Assembly (NCBI RefSeq): GCF_024521635.1
Contig: NW_026250403.1
Span: 806,001-870,000 of the forward strand
Reading direction: 5' to 3'
Length of the DNA: 64,000 nucleotides
DNA from: Tricharina praecox
Taxonomy: Eukaryota
Part shown: positions 61,701 through 64,000 of the stretch, piece after piece
How positions within the stretch are numbered: position 1 is the first letter of the stretch
Layout of the letters: every line of letters starts with the position of its first letter
Translations under genes and position numbers: made by a program
Notes under the pieces: generated by a model
Databases searched by the model: none
Seen by the model: the letters and a program-made list of their open reading frames with translations, nothing else
Told to the model about the DNA's origin: nothing

Positions 61701-62917
61701 TCTACTGACCTACTAGTAACTGTCGGAGCAGCAGTGTGCAAACGCGTTAGGCGCGACCGGCCACCAGCTTACCTAGACTACTAATTAGTAGTCGATGTGA
61801 GGCCAAGAACACAAAGTCGGGTAGGCGGGCAGGTGGACACGATCATAACCTGACCCCCTTTTCCGATTTCCGGTAACCTGGACCTATGCACGATTGGGAC
61901 GTCAATGTTCCTACTAACTACCAATACTAGCAGAGCCGAATTACTCCACATGGCCGCAACATATGTATTCCACAGGATAGGATGGCCAGGCTCTGTTTGT
62001 GGATCCAGTACATACATAAGAAGTATCTACCTCCTTAGCTTGTGATAATTAGTTCCGCTGACCGAACACTACTATATACATAGGCCAGAAAGAGTGAGCA
62101 TCTTCCCGGCCGCCTGGACGTCTTTGGGACAAGACCCGAGATGTGCTTACTGCTTGAGAGTCGAGCTTCCCCGACTACCGTACCTTCCTACCTACTTACG
62201 GAACAAATTCGATATGTACATAGGATTTCCCCGGGGCTTCTCGCCGCTCGGTGGGGATCTCGCAGCTGGAGTTTCGCGCTGGACTCTTCCCCCTCCCCCG
62301 ACCAGCGCCTTCCTCTCTGTTCGGATTGGATAGATTGATGTGCATTCATCAAGGCATCAGGAGTTGCACACGCAGGGGTTTGGTTCGGTTTTCGTTTCAC
62401 GTTTCCGCTCCTGCTGGATTCTTGTCCACTCGTCTCGTCCGTCCATAAGGGAAGAAAAGAAGGAAGGAAGAAAGGGAAAACGAAAGAAAGAAAGAAAGAA
62501 GGCATTAACTATCCCCCCAGGCAGTTGGTTACAGGCTTAGGTACTTTGGTCGCCCTGGGGCCTGGACGTGGAAGCCGCCCGAACACCTCCGCCTTTCGAA
62601 ACACTCCGGCGCGGTAAACAATTACGGGTTTTGCGCCGCTTTTTTTTTTCTCTTCCATTTTTATTCGGTACCTGATTTGTCCGGTATTTGTTTTCGTTTT
62701 TGTTTTTTTTGCTCGCCCTGCGCTTTCCTATCCTTTCCTCTTTCCTGTCTGCCGTAAAACTAACCATAGAGTGACCGTACCTAACCTACCTAGAGCACTT
62801 CCGTACCTACCGTATGTACCCTGGTGCACTGCCTCCTCGCCGAGACATAGACATGCTCTGATTCGCCACGCAACTTGGTCCGAGTTTCAGTGTTGGCGGC
62901 GGCGACGGCGGTGGTAC

Positions 62918-62975
62918 CATGGTGGTGGTGGTGGTGGTGGTGGTGGTGGTGGTGGTGGTCACTGGTGGTGGTGGT
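62918..62975. repeat. (GGT)n microsatellite in the gene-free right end of the window
   Basis: Seen directly in the sequence. Confidence 0.9.
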
Positions 62976-64000
62976 AAGTTTAGCCCTGGAACACAGCGGA
63001 ATGCTCTGCAACCGGCAGAAAATAATAGGAACGCAGCGGGTGTGGAAATCTGTGGGAGTGAGGTGGCTGACTACGGCCAGACCAAAAAAATAGCGGTGAT
63101 TTTGCGGTGGAAGAGTGATGGCGAGTGAGTGGCTCGTCAACTCCAAGAAAAATGGGTATGTACAGTATGGAGTTATGTACATCGATTCCCTGGTGAAGCC
63201 GATGTTCAATATTTCTCACCAGCGGCATTCTTGCCCCAGGGCCGTGCAACCTCTCTCGTGGCCGCAAGTAGGTAGAATGGGTAGAAGCCCACATTTCTCA
63301 CGGTGACCTTTTTACCCCCCTTCGTTCCCCTTCGTTCCTCCACCCCCGGATCCGGACTGTTTGACGGGTTATCTTCCCATGGTCGCAGGCCGCCCCCCCA
63401 GGTAGAGTGGCTAGGTATGGGGCGGTATGTATGTACTAGTACTGACGACCGGCGGAGGCGGGGACGGCGACGGCGACGGTGATGGTGATGACCGATGGAT
63501 GGCGGGCACTCCCTTGCGAGAGACCTCACATATCTCACATACCTGATACAGAGTGCGGTACTTTACGTCACTGCGTCGAGCTCAGACCATCTTCGGAGGA
63601 ACTCGAATGGCTGGCTAGGTATGAGAGTGAAGTCCATAACTATGGCCAGACTGTAAGCTCATGGAGTAGGTACAACATCAAACCCTACAACTAACCGTGA
63701 CATGAGGTATCTGCATCTCGAGAGTGAGGATACAAGTGAGGTTTATATATATGGATAGTTTGAGCTTTGCGCCAGCTCGGGTGGAGATCCCCCCGCACAG
63801 GTGGAGTAAGTAGCTGGCTTCTGGAGTAATCGTACATAAATACTCTATTTACATAGTATCTATGCTGTACATACCGATCATGGGTCTCCACTTCCTCGGT
63901 AACTATGGGCCACGGCCGCCTTGTGGGGAGAGAGAGAGACAGCCTCCATCTGGAGTAGATAGGTATGTCGGTATCTAACAATTGACTTGACAAGTGGATT

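Noticed and set aside
1-64000. tRNA, 5S rRNA, snRNA, telomerase template, TPP riboswitch, CRISPR array, transposase/RT genes, secondary-metabolite cluster
   Set aside because: No diagnostic motifs were found by eye. The tandem repeats lack unique spacers and the genes are functionally unrelated housekeeping types. A covariance-model search could still reveal snoRNAs.

Overview
Eukaryotic, intron-rich genomic DNA from a filamentous ascomycete: short GT-AG introns with CTRAY branch points and dense microsatellites. A Pezizomycetes-like origin is only a guess. Splicing by eye gives about 17 protein-coding genes: ERG13 (5' end only, at the window edge), homoserine dehydrogenase, a small membrane protein, CENP-H/Fta3, an Hmt1-type half ABC transporter, RNase H2B head-to-head with MCM10, two hypothetical proteins, Ish1/Msc1, a hydrophilic mitochondrial-type protein, a protein with a HeLo/SesA-like N-terminus, NHP6, a large disordered membrane-anchored protein, CCDC174, a 76-aa His/Gly/Cys microprotein and U2SURP/SR140. 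I could not support any tRNA, rRNA, snRNA, CRISPR array or intact transposon. The best leads are: (1) a PAM2-like (PABP/MLLE-binding) motif and an Arg-rich patch in a ~440-aa disordered tail on the ABC transporter; (2) a spliced microprotein ending in (GGCG)n that the ORF track does not show; (3) an NLR-effector-like domain in a protein with no NTPase; (4) an MCB-rich bidirectional promoter. All family calls come from motif recognition, not database searches. Exon boundaries were counted manually and may be off by a few bases.
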